Virus record (IMG/VR): IMGVR_UViG_2693429713_000009
Direction: 5' to 3' (one strand)
DNA: 64,000 bases
Source of the DNA: a virus
Lineage: Duplodnaviria > Heunggongvirae > Uroviricota > Caudoviricetes
Part shown: piece after piece, positions 28,570-37,834 of the stretch
Layout: each line of letters opens with the position of its first letter
Numbering within the stretch: position 1 is the stretch's first letter
Notes under the pieces: model-generated
The model's database searches: none
Seen by the model: the letters and a program-made list of their open reading frames with translations, nothing else
Told to the model about the DNA's origin: nothing
Made by a program: the position numbers and the translations under genes

Positions 28570-30077
28570 TGGCTGGCGGGCGCAAGATTAAATGCGTCAC
28601 CAGCGATCCACGCTGGCGCGATATGGTAATCAAATACCGCTACAACTTTACCCAGGCTGTTGTCGATATTTTTGGGATGTTCCCCTCCCACCAGCAGCAG
28701 CAGATCATTCAGTCAGTGCAGGAAACGGGGAGTAGGACGACCGTCACGTCCGGACACGGAACGGGGAAGTCGTCCCTTACCGCGATGTTGCTGTTGATTT
28801 TTATGATCCTGTTCCCCGATGCCCGTGTCATCATTGTTGCTAACAAGATAGGCCAGGTAAAAACAGGCGTATTCAAATACGTTAAACAGTATTGGGCGAA
28901 TGCAGTTAAGCGTCATGGGTGGTTGCAGACCTATTTTGTCCTCTCTGACACCATGTTTTATGAGCGCTCCCGTAAGGGGATTTGGGAAGTTCTCTGCAAA
29001 GGTTATCGACTCGGCAACGAAGAAGCGCTGGCGGGGGAACATGCGGCACATTTGCTTCTAATTCTGGATGAAGCATCTGGTATATCTGATAAGGCGATCG
29101 GCGTAATGACCGGTGCTCTTACTGAAGAAGATAACCGGATGTTGATGCTATCCCAGCCAACAAGGCCAAGTGGTTATTTCTACGATTCGCACCATTCTCA
29201 AGCAAAAACCCCAGACAACCCGAAAGGGATCTGGACAGCAATTGTTCTTAACTCGGAAGAATCACCGTTCGTCACACCACAATTCATCAAGCAGAAGCTT
29301 CTGGAATATGGCGGGCGCGATTCTATTGAGTACATGGTCAAGGTGCTTGGTCAGTTCCCACGAGAAATTAACGGCTATTTGCTTGGTCGTGATGAATGCG
29401 ATCGCGCAGCTCGCCGCAAGGTGTTGTTGGAGAAAAACTGGGGATGGGTGGCAACGGCTGACGTTGGTAATGGGCGAGATAAGTCGGTCCTCAACATCTG
29501 CAAGGTATCTGGTCACAGGGATAAGCGGCGCGTTGTTAACTTTAAGGTAATGGAGATGCCTGGCACTATGGACCCATTGGCCTTTGCTGACTTCATATAT
29601 AACGAATGTACGCCGGAAAAATACCCGAATATAACAATCGCGGTTGATGCCGATGGTTTTGGTTCTGATACGTGTGCGCAGTTGGTGCGTCGTGGTGCGA
29701 ACCCGGTACGTATTCGGTGGGGAAAACCCATGTTTGCGAACAAAGACAGGGAGCGATTTGTTAATCAGCGTGCCTACGCAAATATTATGGCGCGTGATGC
29801 CATAAAGTCAGGGCGTATGCGGATAGACAGTGACCCTAAAACGGCAGAGCAAGCGTCAAAAATCCCCTTTTTACTGAATGAGGAAGGGAAAATGGCGATG
29901 ATGCGCAAAGAGCACATGCGGCAAAAGCTAAACATCAAATCGCCTGACCGATGGGATACCTACTGCTTCACTATGCTGGTGGACTATGTGCCTGCTAATG
30001 AAGATATTGGTGCCGAAATGGCAACTTTCCGAGATCAGGTTCTGGCGGATATCGAAATGCCAGATCTGGATATATAA
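28569..30077 (+). CDS. pacB: terminase large subunit PacB-like
   Basis: 502 aa; Walker A SGHGTGKSS, Walker B LLLILDEASG. Confidence 0.85.
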   Translation: MAGGRKIKCVTSDPRWRDMVIKYRYNFTQAVVDIFGMFPSHQQQQIIQSVQETGSRTTVTSGHGTGKSSLTAMLLLIFMILFPDARVIIVANKIGQVKTGVFKYVKQYWANAVKRHGWLQTYFVLSDTMFYERSRKGIWEVLCKGYRLGNEEALAGEHAAHLLLILDEASGISDKAIGVMTGALTEEDNRMLMLSQPTRPSGYFYDSHHSQAKTPDNPKGIWTAIVLNSEESPFVTPQFIKQKLLEYGGRDSIEYMVKVLGQFPREINGYLLGRDECDRAARRKVLLEKNWGWVATADVGNGRDKSVLNICKVSGHRDKRRVVNFKVMEMPGTMDPLAFADFIYNECTPEKYPNITIAVDADGFGSDTCAQLVRRGANPVRIRWGKPMFANKDRERFVNQRAYANIMARDAIKSGRMRIDSDPKTAEQASKIPFLLNEEGKMAMMRKEHMRQKLNIKSPDRWDTYCFTMLVDYVPANEDIGAEMATFRDQVLADIEMPDLDI

Positions 30078-30078
30078 A

Positions 30079-30095
30079 GCCCCGCGATGCGGGGC
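30079..30095. terminator. hairpin terminator between convergent pacB and repressor genes
   Basis: GCCCCGC-GAT-GCGGGGC. Confidence 0.45.
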
Positions 30096-30104
30096 CAGTT
30101 GTGA

Positions 30105-31142
30105 TTACCAGAGCTTCGCGGCGTACTGCGTTTGGGGGAATGTGTATCCGTAACGTTCTTCGATTGCTTTGCCGTATTTTTTACGAGCTTCATTCAGTTT
30201 AATGCCGGTCAGGTCGTCTCCAGAGGCCATCATTACGTCTAACAATTCCAGATCCATTTTATCCAGCCTTGCCATTGCTTCACGTGATGTACGTATCTTA
30301 CGCTCAATGATATGGCGAATAGCCGGATCGGCATCCTCCAGCATCTTAGCGGATTTCTGCTTAAGGCTTTCATTGCGAATATCGATGTTCCTTAAGATGT
30401 ACGACTTCGCAACGTAGCTTGGCTGGTGTTTTTCCAGGTCACGAACACGATATAAGTTAAAATCGCCGAGAAGGCTGCAAGGTACCGATTCGACGCCAGA
30501 ATAAATTGTAATGCTCCGGCGTTCACCAACATTATTGACAACGGGGATCGTTGTCTTCGGTAGTCTTGCGAAAACCAATGCGCCATGTGCGCCAACTCTA
30601 AAGCGAGAAAGGGCATTGCTGCCTTCGATGTTTGTTGTCAGCACAACATCTGTATATGCCTCTTTACGCGCCCGGTAGATCTCGCCTTCAGGCTCAGCTT
30701 CAAAGAAGCGCTGTTCTTCTTCAAGAGCACCTACGATTTGAGAAAAAACCCTATTTTTCAGGCTTTTCTTTATGATTTTGTCGTATTTTTTGAGCAATTG
30801 TTCACGTGTAAATGTACGTGTTGTTGTAGCGCTTTGCACAACAACATGCGTGCTTTGATTGGTGTCCTCAATGATGAATGGGATCGGAGAATATACAGAC
30901 TCAACAATGTTCGACGCTTTGCCGTCGGCATCGCGACACATGTCAACGAAGGCTTTCCATTCAGCAAGACATTTTTCAGCTTCTTCTAATATGTTTTGGT
31001 CATGCGTTAATGCAACATGGCGGAATTCCTCGCCAGCATAACTGGTATCATGGAAAACAGAGTTTGCGACCACCAGCTCTTTCCACCGTTCAGCGGTTTG
31101 CAGGAACCGTTTGTACTCTTTCTCGATCGACTTCTTACTCAT
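30105..31142 (-). CDS. C1-like primary repressor (by position)
   Basis: 345 aa, convergent with pacB and divergent from lox-cre as c1 in P1; operator-like motif in its own promoter. Confidence 0.4.
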   Translation of the reverse strand: MSKKSIEKEYKRFLQTAERWKELVVANSVFHDTSYAGEEFRHVALTHDQNILEEAEKCLAEWKAFVDMCRDADGKASNIVESVYSPIPFIIEDTNQSTHVVVQSATTTRTFTREQLLKKYDKIIKKSLKNRVFSQIVGALEEEQRFFEAEPEGEIYRARKEAYTDVVLTTNIEGSNALSRFRVGAHGALVFARLPKTTIPVVNNVGERRSITIYSGVESVPCSLLGDFNLYRVRDLEKHQPSYVAKSYILRNIDIRNESLKQKSAKMLEDADPAIRHIIERKIRTSREAMARLDKMDLELLDVMMASGDDLTGIKLNEARKKYGKAIEERYGYTFPQTQYAAKLW

Positions 31143-31160
31143 TATTCCTACTCGATTTAG

Positions 31161-31170
31161 TTTTCTAACA
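31161..31170. promoter_or_regulatory. operator-like motif TTTTCTAACA in repressor promoter
   Basis: 19 nt upstream of repressor start codon. Confidence 0.5.
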
Positions 31171-31351
31171 TAAAATTACTATGACAAATTTATGTCGAAT
31201 AACAGAGTGAGTAAAGGATCGAACTGTGATTTTTTGTCATCAATTTTAGAAAACCAACTGTATAAACCACACTTCGCAAATTAAAGACCATGAAGGCAAC
31301 GTGTTACTGGTCAGAATCAATCTGTGATGGATTAAAAAAAATCGCCATTTT

Positions 31352-31385
31352 ATAACTTTAAATAATTGGCATTATTTAAAGTTAG
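31352..31385. promoter_or_regulatory. lox-like recombination site
   Basis: ATAACTTTAAATA-ATTGGCAT-TATTTAAAGTTAG: 13-bp inverted arms (12/13) around 8-bp asymmetric spacer, arm ends ATAACTT as in loxP. Confidence 0.7.
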
Positions 31386-31536
31386 GCTATAATCATGTGT
31401 AGATGAACAGTGTTGACATCACTGAAAATACGTGCCTCGAATCAAAGGCTTGTATTTTGAAAATTAACTTATAGCTACCCTGTCATTTTTATATTTTTCG
31501 CGTAGCGTCATCTGTATATAGAGGTCAAATAGTTTC

Positions 31537-32565
31537 ATGAGTGAATTAATTATCTCTGGCAGTTCCGGTGGTTTTCTGCGCAACATTGGCAAAGAGTACC
31601 AGGAAGCCGCAGAAAACTTTATGCGGTTCATGAATGACCAGGGGGCTTATGCGCCGAATACTCTGCGCGACCTCCGTTTGGTGTTTCATTCCTGGGCGCG
31701 CTGGTGTCACGCTCGCCAGCTTGCCTGGTTTCCGATCTCACCAGAAATGGCCCGCGAGTATTTTCTTCAGCTGCATGATGCCGATCTGGCTTCGACCACC
31801 ATTGATAAGCACTACGCCATGCTGAACATGCTGCTTTCGCATTGTGGCCTTCCGCCACTTTCGGATGATAAAAGTGTTTCTCTGGCTATGCGGCGCATCC
31901 GGCGCGAAGCGGCAACTGAAAAAGGCGAACGAACAGGCCAGGCTATACCGCTGCGGTGGGACGATCTGAAACTGCTCGACGTCCTGTTGTCCAGGTCAGA
32001 ACGGCTGGTGGACCTGCGCAACCGGGCTTTTCTCTTTGTTGCATACAATACGCTGATGCGTATGTCGGAAATATCGCGTATTCGTGTAGGTGATCTGGAC
32101 CAAACAGGTGACACTGTCACGCTACATATTTCACACACGAAGACAATAACGACCGCCGCCGGGCTTGATAAGGTGCTTTCCCGTCGCACTACCGCTGTGC
32201 TGAATGACTGGCTGGATGTTTCCGGGCTTCGCGAACACCCTGACGCAGTGCTGTTCCCGCCGATACACCGTAGCAATAAGGCCAGGATCACGACAACGCC
32301 ACTTACTGCACCTGCAATGGAGAAAATATTCAGCGACGCCTGGGTGTTGCTGAATAAAAGAGATGCTACGCCAAACAAAGGAAGATACCGGACGTGGACC
32401 GGGCATAGTGCACGCGTCGGGGCCGCTATTGATATGGCTGAAAAGCAGGTGTCTATGGTGGAGATCATGCAGGAAGGAACCTGGAAGAAACCGGAAACAC
32501 TTATGCGGTATCTCCGCCGTGGCGGCGTGTCTGTGGGGGCTAATAGCCGCCTGATGGATTCGTAA
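31537..32565 (+). CDS. cre: Cre-like tyrosine recombinase
   Basis: 342 aa; SWARWCHARQLAWFP and C-terminal GHSARVGAA closely parallel P1 Cre. Confidence 0.9.
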   Translation: MSELIISGSSGGFLRNIGKEYQEAAENFMRFMNDQGAYAPNTLRDLRLVFHSWARWCHARQLAWFPISPEMAREYFLQLHDADLASTTIDKHYAMLNMLLSHCGLPPLSDDKSVSLAMRRIRREAATEKGERTGQAIPLRWDDLKLLDVLLSRSERLVDLRNRAFLFVAYNTLMRMSEISRIRVGDLDQTGDTVTLHISHTKTITTAAGLDKVLSRRTTAVLNDWLDVSGLREHPDAVLFPPIHRSNKARITTTPLTAPAMEKIFSDAWVLLNKRDATPNKGRYRTWTGHSARVGAAIDMAEKQVSMVEIMQEGTWKKPETLMRYLRRGGVSVGANSRLMDS

Positions 32566-32572
32566 ATTAAAT

Positions 32573-32581
32573 TTCTAACAC
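32573..32581. promoter_or_regulatory. operator-like motif TTTCTAACA
   Basis: Between cre and downstream gene. Confidence 0.4.
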
Positions 32582-32638
32582 ATCTTTTTAGATTAACATC
32601 TTTGCTGTAAAGTACCCTCGCCTACTTAGGAGGGTGCT

Positions 32639-32983
32639 TTGCAGAGTCAAATCACGGAATCAAGACGCTTCAAGGTGGATGGTTACACCGTAACCTTCGC
32701 CGCTGGTGTTAAGAACAGTCATGCTGTCGTTGTGTTCGGCATCATGACCGGGCTTGAGGCCGTCCCTGTGTTTACCCTCGAAAAAAACTGGCGAAATCTG
32801 GCGGAAGCAGAAAGCTACGTCCGGAAAGTAACCATCATTGCCGCCGAAAAACTCCTGGCCCACTATCAGGAAAATTATCGCACTATGGTCGAGAAGATTA
32901 ATCTCGCTTTCACTCGCCCCACTACCGGCTTTATTGCACCGGATACTAATGCAGGTCGATATCCTGCAAGGGGGCGTCGGTGA
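32639..32983 (+). CDS. hypothetical protein
   Basis: 114 aa ORF. Confidence 0.4.
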   Translation: MQSQITESRRFKVDGYTVTFAAGVKNSHAVVVFGIMTGLEAVPVFTLEKNWRNLAEAESYVRKVTIIAAEKLLAHYQENYRTMVEKINLAFTRPTTGFIAPDTNAGRYPARGRR

Positions 32984-33456
32984 AAACTTATTACCCATCT
33001 CTGAATTGTTACCCATCTTCCTATCCAGAATTATCCGGGAAGCTGTTAGCTCTATTAGCTAAAGCACCTACGGAATGGTTTAAGCCAGTCGTTATCAATC
33101 CACACTTCCTGGATTACGGAACTGTTCGCACTCGTAACGAACTCAAAAACCTACTGGCGCATGGATTCATTCGACACCGTGCCGGGAAAGGCTATCAGTT
33201 AGCGATTGCGCCAGAAGAGGCCGTGCGGCTATTCGCATATCGTGACAGCCAGACAAAAGCTCGGGTAATAGCTCAAATACTTCATAACGGCAGCACCTAT
33301 GCCCGCCAGTTTGGCGGCGACACGTCGCAGTTCTTGCGGGCGGTGCGATCGCTGGAGGAGCAAGGAGTTATTGAAAGTTCCTGTCTTCCTGTTCCTACCG
33401 TTCCACATATCAAACGTCGGGTTTACACCTTCACGCAGAGAGCTAAAAAACAATGA
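32980..33456 (+). CDS. hypothetical protein
   Basis: 158 aa ORF, coupled. Confidence 0.4.
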   Translation: MKTYYPSLNCYPSSYPELSGKLLALLAKAPTEWFKPVVINPHFLDYGTVRTRNELKNLLAHGFIRHRAGKGYQLAIAPEEAVRLFAYRDSQTKARVIAQILHNGSTYARQFGGDTSQFLRAVRSLEEQGVIESSCLPVPTVPHIKRRVYTFTQRAKKQ

Positions 33457-33947
33457 TTTACGTAAAAGTGAAACGCCTACATCCGGCAGCAAAACTTCCA
33501 GCTTATGCCACCTCCGGATCGGCGGCGATGGATTTTGAGGCTGTTGAAATAAAACCATGCGTCGATAGCAATGGTGCAATTTCCTCAAGCTGGTGGGTGT
33601 ACACCGGACTGGCTATGGAGATCCCGCCCGGCTGGTGTCTGAAACTCTATCCGCGCTCCGGATTGGGCTGCAAAAAACATACTCGCCTGGCTAACTGCGT
33701 AGGAATTATCGACTCCGATTATCGCGGTGAAATCATGGCAAAACTGATTACTGATCCAGGCGGGGAAGTCGTTCGTCTCAAGCCTGGAATGGCTGTCATG
33801 CAAGGCATTTTTGAGCGTGTTGAACAAGTCTCACTAGTCGAGGTTGAGGAACTCAACGAAACGGAACGTGGTGCTGGTGGCTTTGGTAGCACATCGGAAG
33901 ACCACTTTGAAATCAAGCGCACACCGCTTCAGTACGCAAAGTTTTAA
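33453..33947 (+). CDS. dut: dUTP diphosphatase
   Basis: 164 aa; GIIDSDYRGE and RGAGGFGST motifs. Confidence 0.8.
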   Translation: MIYVKVKRLHPAAKLPAYATSGSAAMDFEAVEIKPCVDSNGAISSSWWVYTGLAMEIPPGWCLKLYPRSGLGCKKHTRLANCVGIIDSDYRGEIMAKLITDPGGEVVRLKPGMAVMQGIFERVEQVSLVEVEELNETERGAGGFGSTSEDHFEIKRTPLQYAKF

Positions 33948-33961
33948 GCAGAGGAAAGGCT

Positions 33962-34612
33962 ATGAATTACATGGCAACGAAAGAGCTTTTTAAGTTCCTT
34001 CCCAAATACAAAGCTCACAAAAACGTTAGTGCATCGAAAATCAAAAATGTTGTTATTTTCGGAGTAACTGATGCCCCACTTTGGGGCTGCATTGAACTCG
34101 TTGAACCAAAAGGGGCAACAGTTTGTGTTGACGCAATATTTTTACAAAAACACCGACCAAAAACTGGCGGGTATCTGATCGTTTATGAAAACGGTTATCT
34201 GTTCTATGCCCCGGAGAAACCATTTGAGGAATGCTATGGCCTGGTTAACGACGCCTCCGAAAATGGAACCACGGTCATCATTACGGATGACAACGGCGTG
34301 ATGATTAATATTACCGGGAGCGTAACTATTTCTGCTGGTGGTACCACTACCCAGCAAGAGGAAATCGACCTTGAAGCAGCCGACTTTTCTGATGCGCTAA
34401 TGTGGCTGAAAGAAGGAAAAAATGTAGCTCGACGCGAGTGGAAAGGCGAAAAGCAATTCTGCTGGTTAGTTCTCGCTGGGAGCGTCAATTTACACGACAT
34501 TCAGGTTCCTTATGGTGACCATTTCGTATTGAAAGATGCACAAAATATGGACAGCGTTTGGTTGCCGTCTGTTGATGATTTACTGGCTTGTGACTGGTTT
34601 GTAGTGGAGTGA
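33962..34612 (+). CDS. two-domain protein with C-terminal DUF2829 (Tad2-like) domain
   Basis: 216 aa; C-terminal FSDALMWLKEGKNVARREWKGEKQFCWLV...ACDWFVVE. Confidence 0.5.
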   Translation: MNYMATKELFKFLPKYKAHKNVSASKIKNVVIFGVTDAPLWGCIELVEPKGATVCVDAIFLQKHRPKTGGYLIVYENGYLFYAPEKPFEECYGLVNDASENGTTVIITDDNGVMINITGSVTISAGGTTTQQEEIDLEAADFSDALMWLKEGKNVARREWKGEKQFCWLVLAGSVNLHDIQVPYGDHFVLKDAQNMDSVWLPSVDDLLACDWFVVE

Positions 34613-34618
34613 TTTGAC

Positions 34619-35386
34619 ATGGAAAGCACCAAAACAATTCAATACCGCTTGCGTAATGGCCTGCTGGTGGCTGTTAACGCCGACATGTCACTGCCGTTTG
34701 ACACGATTGAACGCACTATCATGACGTATCTCGGCTTTAATGAAGAGCTGAATGAAGAGCATGGCGTAGCTATATGGAGTGATGCAGACAGCGGCGTTCG
34801 TCGTTACATCACCGCCAGGGGCAAAGACTACTCTCTGGAAGAACTGTTTGCCCTTGCGCAGTCTTTCGAATGTGTAGCATTAGACCTGTTTAATGATCCT
34901 GCTATAGCGCAACGACTTATACGCGAGCTTGGGCTATCCGTTACACCAATTATCTTTAAAAATGGCAGCCTGACTGGCACATGGCGCGTAGAACGCATCT
35001 CAAACTACCTTCCATATAACCGACAGTTAAATGGAGTAATCTCCGGCGTTAATCAGCCCGTAGCGTGTGAAAATGTAAACCTGGTTGTCGCTGTTTTGGC
35101 AACCGCATGTCGTGTTATCGGTTTGGCTAAACAGGCATTTATTCATTTCCCAAATGGTGCAGAAGGTAGCGCAGAGATTATCGCGTGTGATTTCGAATTT
35201 ACCTGGATGCTACGCGAATATCTGGACCAAACAGTGTTCCGCGCCGAAGAACTGGATATGTATATCACGTCAACGATTCCTGATGATGTGCGTGCTGAAG
35301 CAATCGCTACAGCAAGGGCCAAATGCCGTGCGGCGATTGCAGAGCAGGCCAAAGAAGAAGTTAAGGAAGTGGCAGATGGCGACTAA
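34619..35386 (+). CDS. hypothetical protein coupled to terminase-like paralog
   Basis: 255 aa; stop overlaps start of downstream gene (ATGGCGACTAA). Confidence 0.4.
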   Translation: MESTKTIQYRLRNGLLVAVNADMSLPFDTIERTIMTYLGFNEELNEEHGVAIWSDADSGVRRYITARGKDYSLEELFALAQSFECVALDLFNDPAIAQRLIRELGLSVTPIIFKNGSLTGTWRVERISNYLPYNRQLNGVISGVNQPVACENVNLVVAVLATACRVIGLAKQAFIHFPNGAEGSAEIIACDFEFTWMLREYLDQTVFRAEELDMYITSTIPDDVRAEAIATARAKCRAAIAEQAKEEVKEVADGD

Positions 35387-36470
35387 GAGCAATATTTATA
35401 AAGATCCGCGCTGGCTGTCGCTGGTGGAGAAATATAAAGACAATTGGGTTCTGGCAGCAAAAGAATTGTTTGATATTGATTTAAGCCACCAGCAACAACA
35501 AATTGTTGAAGCTATACAGCCCAATAATGCAAAAGCTACTGTCACCACTCCGCATGGGATCGGACGACCGCAAGTGCTTGCTGTTATTAGTACCCTTTAT
35601 ACGATTATGTATCCTGATTCCCGGACAGTAATTGTTTATCCAAAATCAAATGCTTGCAAAAAAGGAATTGTTGCATATGTGTGGCAATGTTGGGAGGCAT
35701 TACTGAAAAAACAACCTTTTATCATTGAGTATTTTAAGGTCGGTGATAGCGGTCTGATGTTCAATGAATTTTGGGGAATGTGCTTTTGTAACTACCGCCT
35801 TAACTATGAAGATAGCATTGCAGGTCACTACGCCGACCATCTGTTATTCATTATTGTGGATTCCGCACATATAAGCGATCGGGCATACAGTATTGTGTGG
35901 GCAAGCATGACTAGTGGTGATTCACGCATATTGCTCACTTCAATTCCGTCACCAGAGGAAATAGGATTTTTTTATGATTCTCATCATGGGCGTGCTTTAG
36001 CTGAAGATAATCCGAGTGGTGTCTATAAAGCCATTAAGCTGAGTGCTGAGGATTCACCATTTATTACCCAAGAATATCTTGATCATTTTGCCGAAAGGTA
36101 TGGCGGGCGAAATAGTGATGACTACCGTCGTATGATTCTTGGTGAGTTCCCTGGTATTAGGGAGGCTGTTCTTGAATCAGATATGCCGAAAACAATGCGT
36201 TTTTCAATGCCTGATGGCAGTGAATGGACAATGCCATTACGAGTGATAGCCAAGCATCATGCACAGCACCACGCCAAAAAACATGGCGTTACAACATTAG
36301 AGTGGTTGAAATCGCACACCATTCCACTCTTCACTGCAGATCACAATGCTATCGTTGAGTGGGCAAAAACAATTCCGTGGGGGAATGTCGCTGAATACGC
36401 CCACATGCTAAAACCGCCGAAAGACAGGCAAGAAATTAGCTGGCTGACAGCAGAAAAAATCATTGAGTGA
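35376..36470 (+). CDS. degenerate terminase large subunit paralog (ATPase motifs inactivated, nuclease domain absent)
   Basis: 364 aa; aligns with PacB (DPRW, HQQQQI, FYDSHH, EDSPF) but Walker A is HGIGRPQ and Walker B is IIVDSAH. Confidence 0.6.
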   Translation: MATKSNIYKDPRWLSLVEKYKDNWVLAAKELFDIDLSHQQQQIVEAIQPNNAKATVTTPHGIGRPQVLAVISTLYTIMYPDSRTVIVYPKSNACKKGIVAYVWQCWEALLKKQPFIIEYFKVGDSGLMFNEFWGMCFCNYRLNYEDSIAGHYADHLLFIIVDSAHISDRAYSIVWASMTSGDSRILLTSIPSPEEIGFFYDSHHGRALAEDNPSGVYKAIKLSAEDSPFITQEYLDHFAERYGGRNSDDYRRMILGEFPGIREAVLESDMPKTMRFSMPDGSEWTMPLRVIAKHHAQHHAKKHGVTTLEWLKSHTIPLFTADHNAIVEWAKTIPWGNVAEYAHMLKPPKDRQEISWLTAEKIIE

Positions 36471-36478
36471 TAGTAGAA

Positions 36479-36507
36479 AGCCCGCCTGGTTGAGCGGGCT
36501 TCTTTTC
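36479..36507 (+). terminator. intrinsic terminator
   Basis: AGCCCGC-N8-GCGGGCT then TCTTTTC. Confidence 0.55.
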
Positions 36508-36886
36508 AAATATTGGAACCATATAGTTCACGTAGTTTTTCCGCTACTGAAGATACGGGGATTTCACCAGTTGCAGCCCCCACCGCAAGTTCCACCAGCA
36601 CGGGAGAATCATATACCTGTATACCGTTACGGCGTAGAAATAGCAGCGCACTGTTTAGCGCGGTACGCTTATTGGCATCATTGAATATATGCCCTCTCGC
36701 TGTAGCCACCAGGTAGGTGGCGGAGACTTCGAAAAGGTCGGTGATCTCTTCGTAGGCAACTCTGGCCTGAACTCTCCCGATAATGGCCTCTGCCCTACCC
36801 GGATCTGACATTCCCGGCAGGCCGCCGTAGCGGTTTATATTCGCATCATGAAGCGCAATAAGTTCTTCCGGTGATATATGCCTCAT
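36506..36886 (-). CDS. doc: Doc toxin (Fic family)
   Basis: 126 aa near-identical to P1 Doc as recalled. Confidence 0.9.
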   Translation of the reverse strand: MRHISPEELIALHDANINRYGGLPGMSDPGRAEAIIGRVQARVAYEEITDLFEVSATYLVATARGHIFNDANKRTALNSALLFLRRNGIQVYDSPVLVELAVGAATGEIPVSSVAEKLRELYGSNI

Positions 36887-37107
36887 TATCGGTTAACCAG
36901 TTCCTTGTTGGTGGAGTCCAGGGTGTCAAACAGGGATGCAAATTCAGCATCCAGCGCCGCTTTTTTGTAGGCTTCGAAAGTAGCCTTGCTGACAATTACT
37001 GCTGGCTCACGGCCTCTGCGGGTGATTTCAACCTCTTCCCCGGCTTCAACATTGTTGAGCACTTCAGAAAGGTTGCCGCGCGCGGTACGGAAGTTAATGG
37101 ATTGCAT
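36886..37107 (-). CDS. phd: Phd antitoxin
   Basis: 73 aa [16 protein letters not shown]..., overlaps doc start. Confidence 0.9.
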   Translation of the reverse strand: MQSINFRTARGNLSEVLNNVEAGEEVEITRRGREPAVIVSKATFEAYKKAALDAEFASLFDTLDSTNKELVNR

Positions 37108-37179
37108 AAACACCTCGTGTACTCGTTATGTGTACACAATTATAAACCTCACAGGCATAAAGCACCAGACCTTTGCAGC

Positions 37180-37569
37180 TTAAATAACCGGACAATCATC
37201 AAACTCCCCACTTCGGGCATCATTGATGACATGAGTGATCACACCAAAAACAGCATTACTCCCCGTGCATCCATCGTCATCCACTGGTAACGCCTCTTTC
37301 TTCCCAGTGCTTAAATCCTCCAGGTGCTGGCGCGGATACTTCCGGTATCTCTTTATGCGATATTCACCCTCCATAGCGCAGACAAGTAGCGAACCATCAA
37401 CCGGAGTAAGTGAGGAATCGACCACCAGCAAAGCACCCTGCAATATTCCCTCACGGTGATGGCTATCAGCTGCCCGCATGAAGTAGGTTGCTGATGGATG
37501 CCTGATTAGTTGCTGATCAAGAGAAATTCGGCTTTCAACATAATCCGCCGCAGGAGAAGGGAAGCCCAT
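37180..37569 (-). CDS. humD: UmuD-like protein HumD
   Basis: 129 aa; S24 peptidase-like with conserved Ser (AADSH) and Lys (RIKRY). Confidence 0.75.
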   Translation of the reverse strand: MGFPSPAADYVESRISLDQQLIRHPSATYFMRAADSHHREGILQGALLVVDSSLTPVDGSLLVCAMEGEYRIKRYRKYPRQHLEDLSTGKKEALPVDDDGCTGSNAVFGVITHVINDARSGEFDDCPVI

Positions 37570-37588
37570 AGCGTTTTCACCTTAATGA

Positions 37589-37608
37589 TACTGTTCATTT
37601 ATACAGTA
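37589..37608. promoter_or_regulatory. LexA (SOS) box
   Basis: TACTGTTCATTTATACAGTA matches CTGT-N8-ACAG about 20 nt upstream of humD. Confidence 0.7.
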
Positions 37609-37834
37609 TACATTAAAGGGACACCTTTGGTGCAAACGCGTTACGTACATCAACCACCGCTGATGATTTTGTGCTCTTTGCTACTATTCATCACCAACGG
37701 ATCAGCGTAACCAAGCCCAGCATGAAGTAGTTCTGAACCGGATTAGAGAAATGCAAAACGATAATAGAGGCTAAATCGAGGTAGAAAACACATTGTTTAA
37801 GGCCACTAATTGTGGCCTCAAAGGGGAGAGATGC

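Noticed and set aside
35085-35375. Long N-terminal extension of the terminase-like paralog as given in the ORF track (461 aa)
   Set aside because: It overlaps the upstream gene in another frame; the ATG at 35376 overlaps the upstream stop in a typical coupling arrangement and matches where similarity to PacB begins
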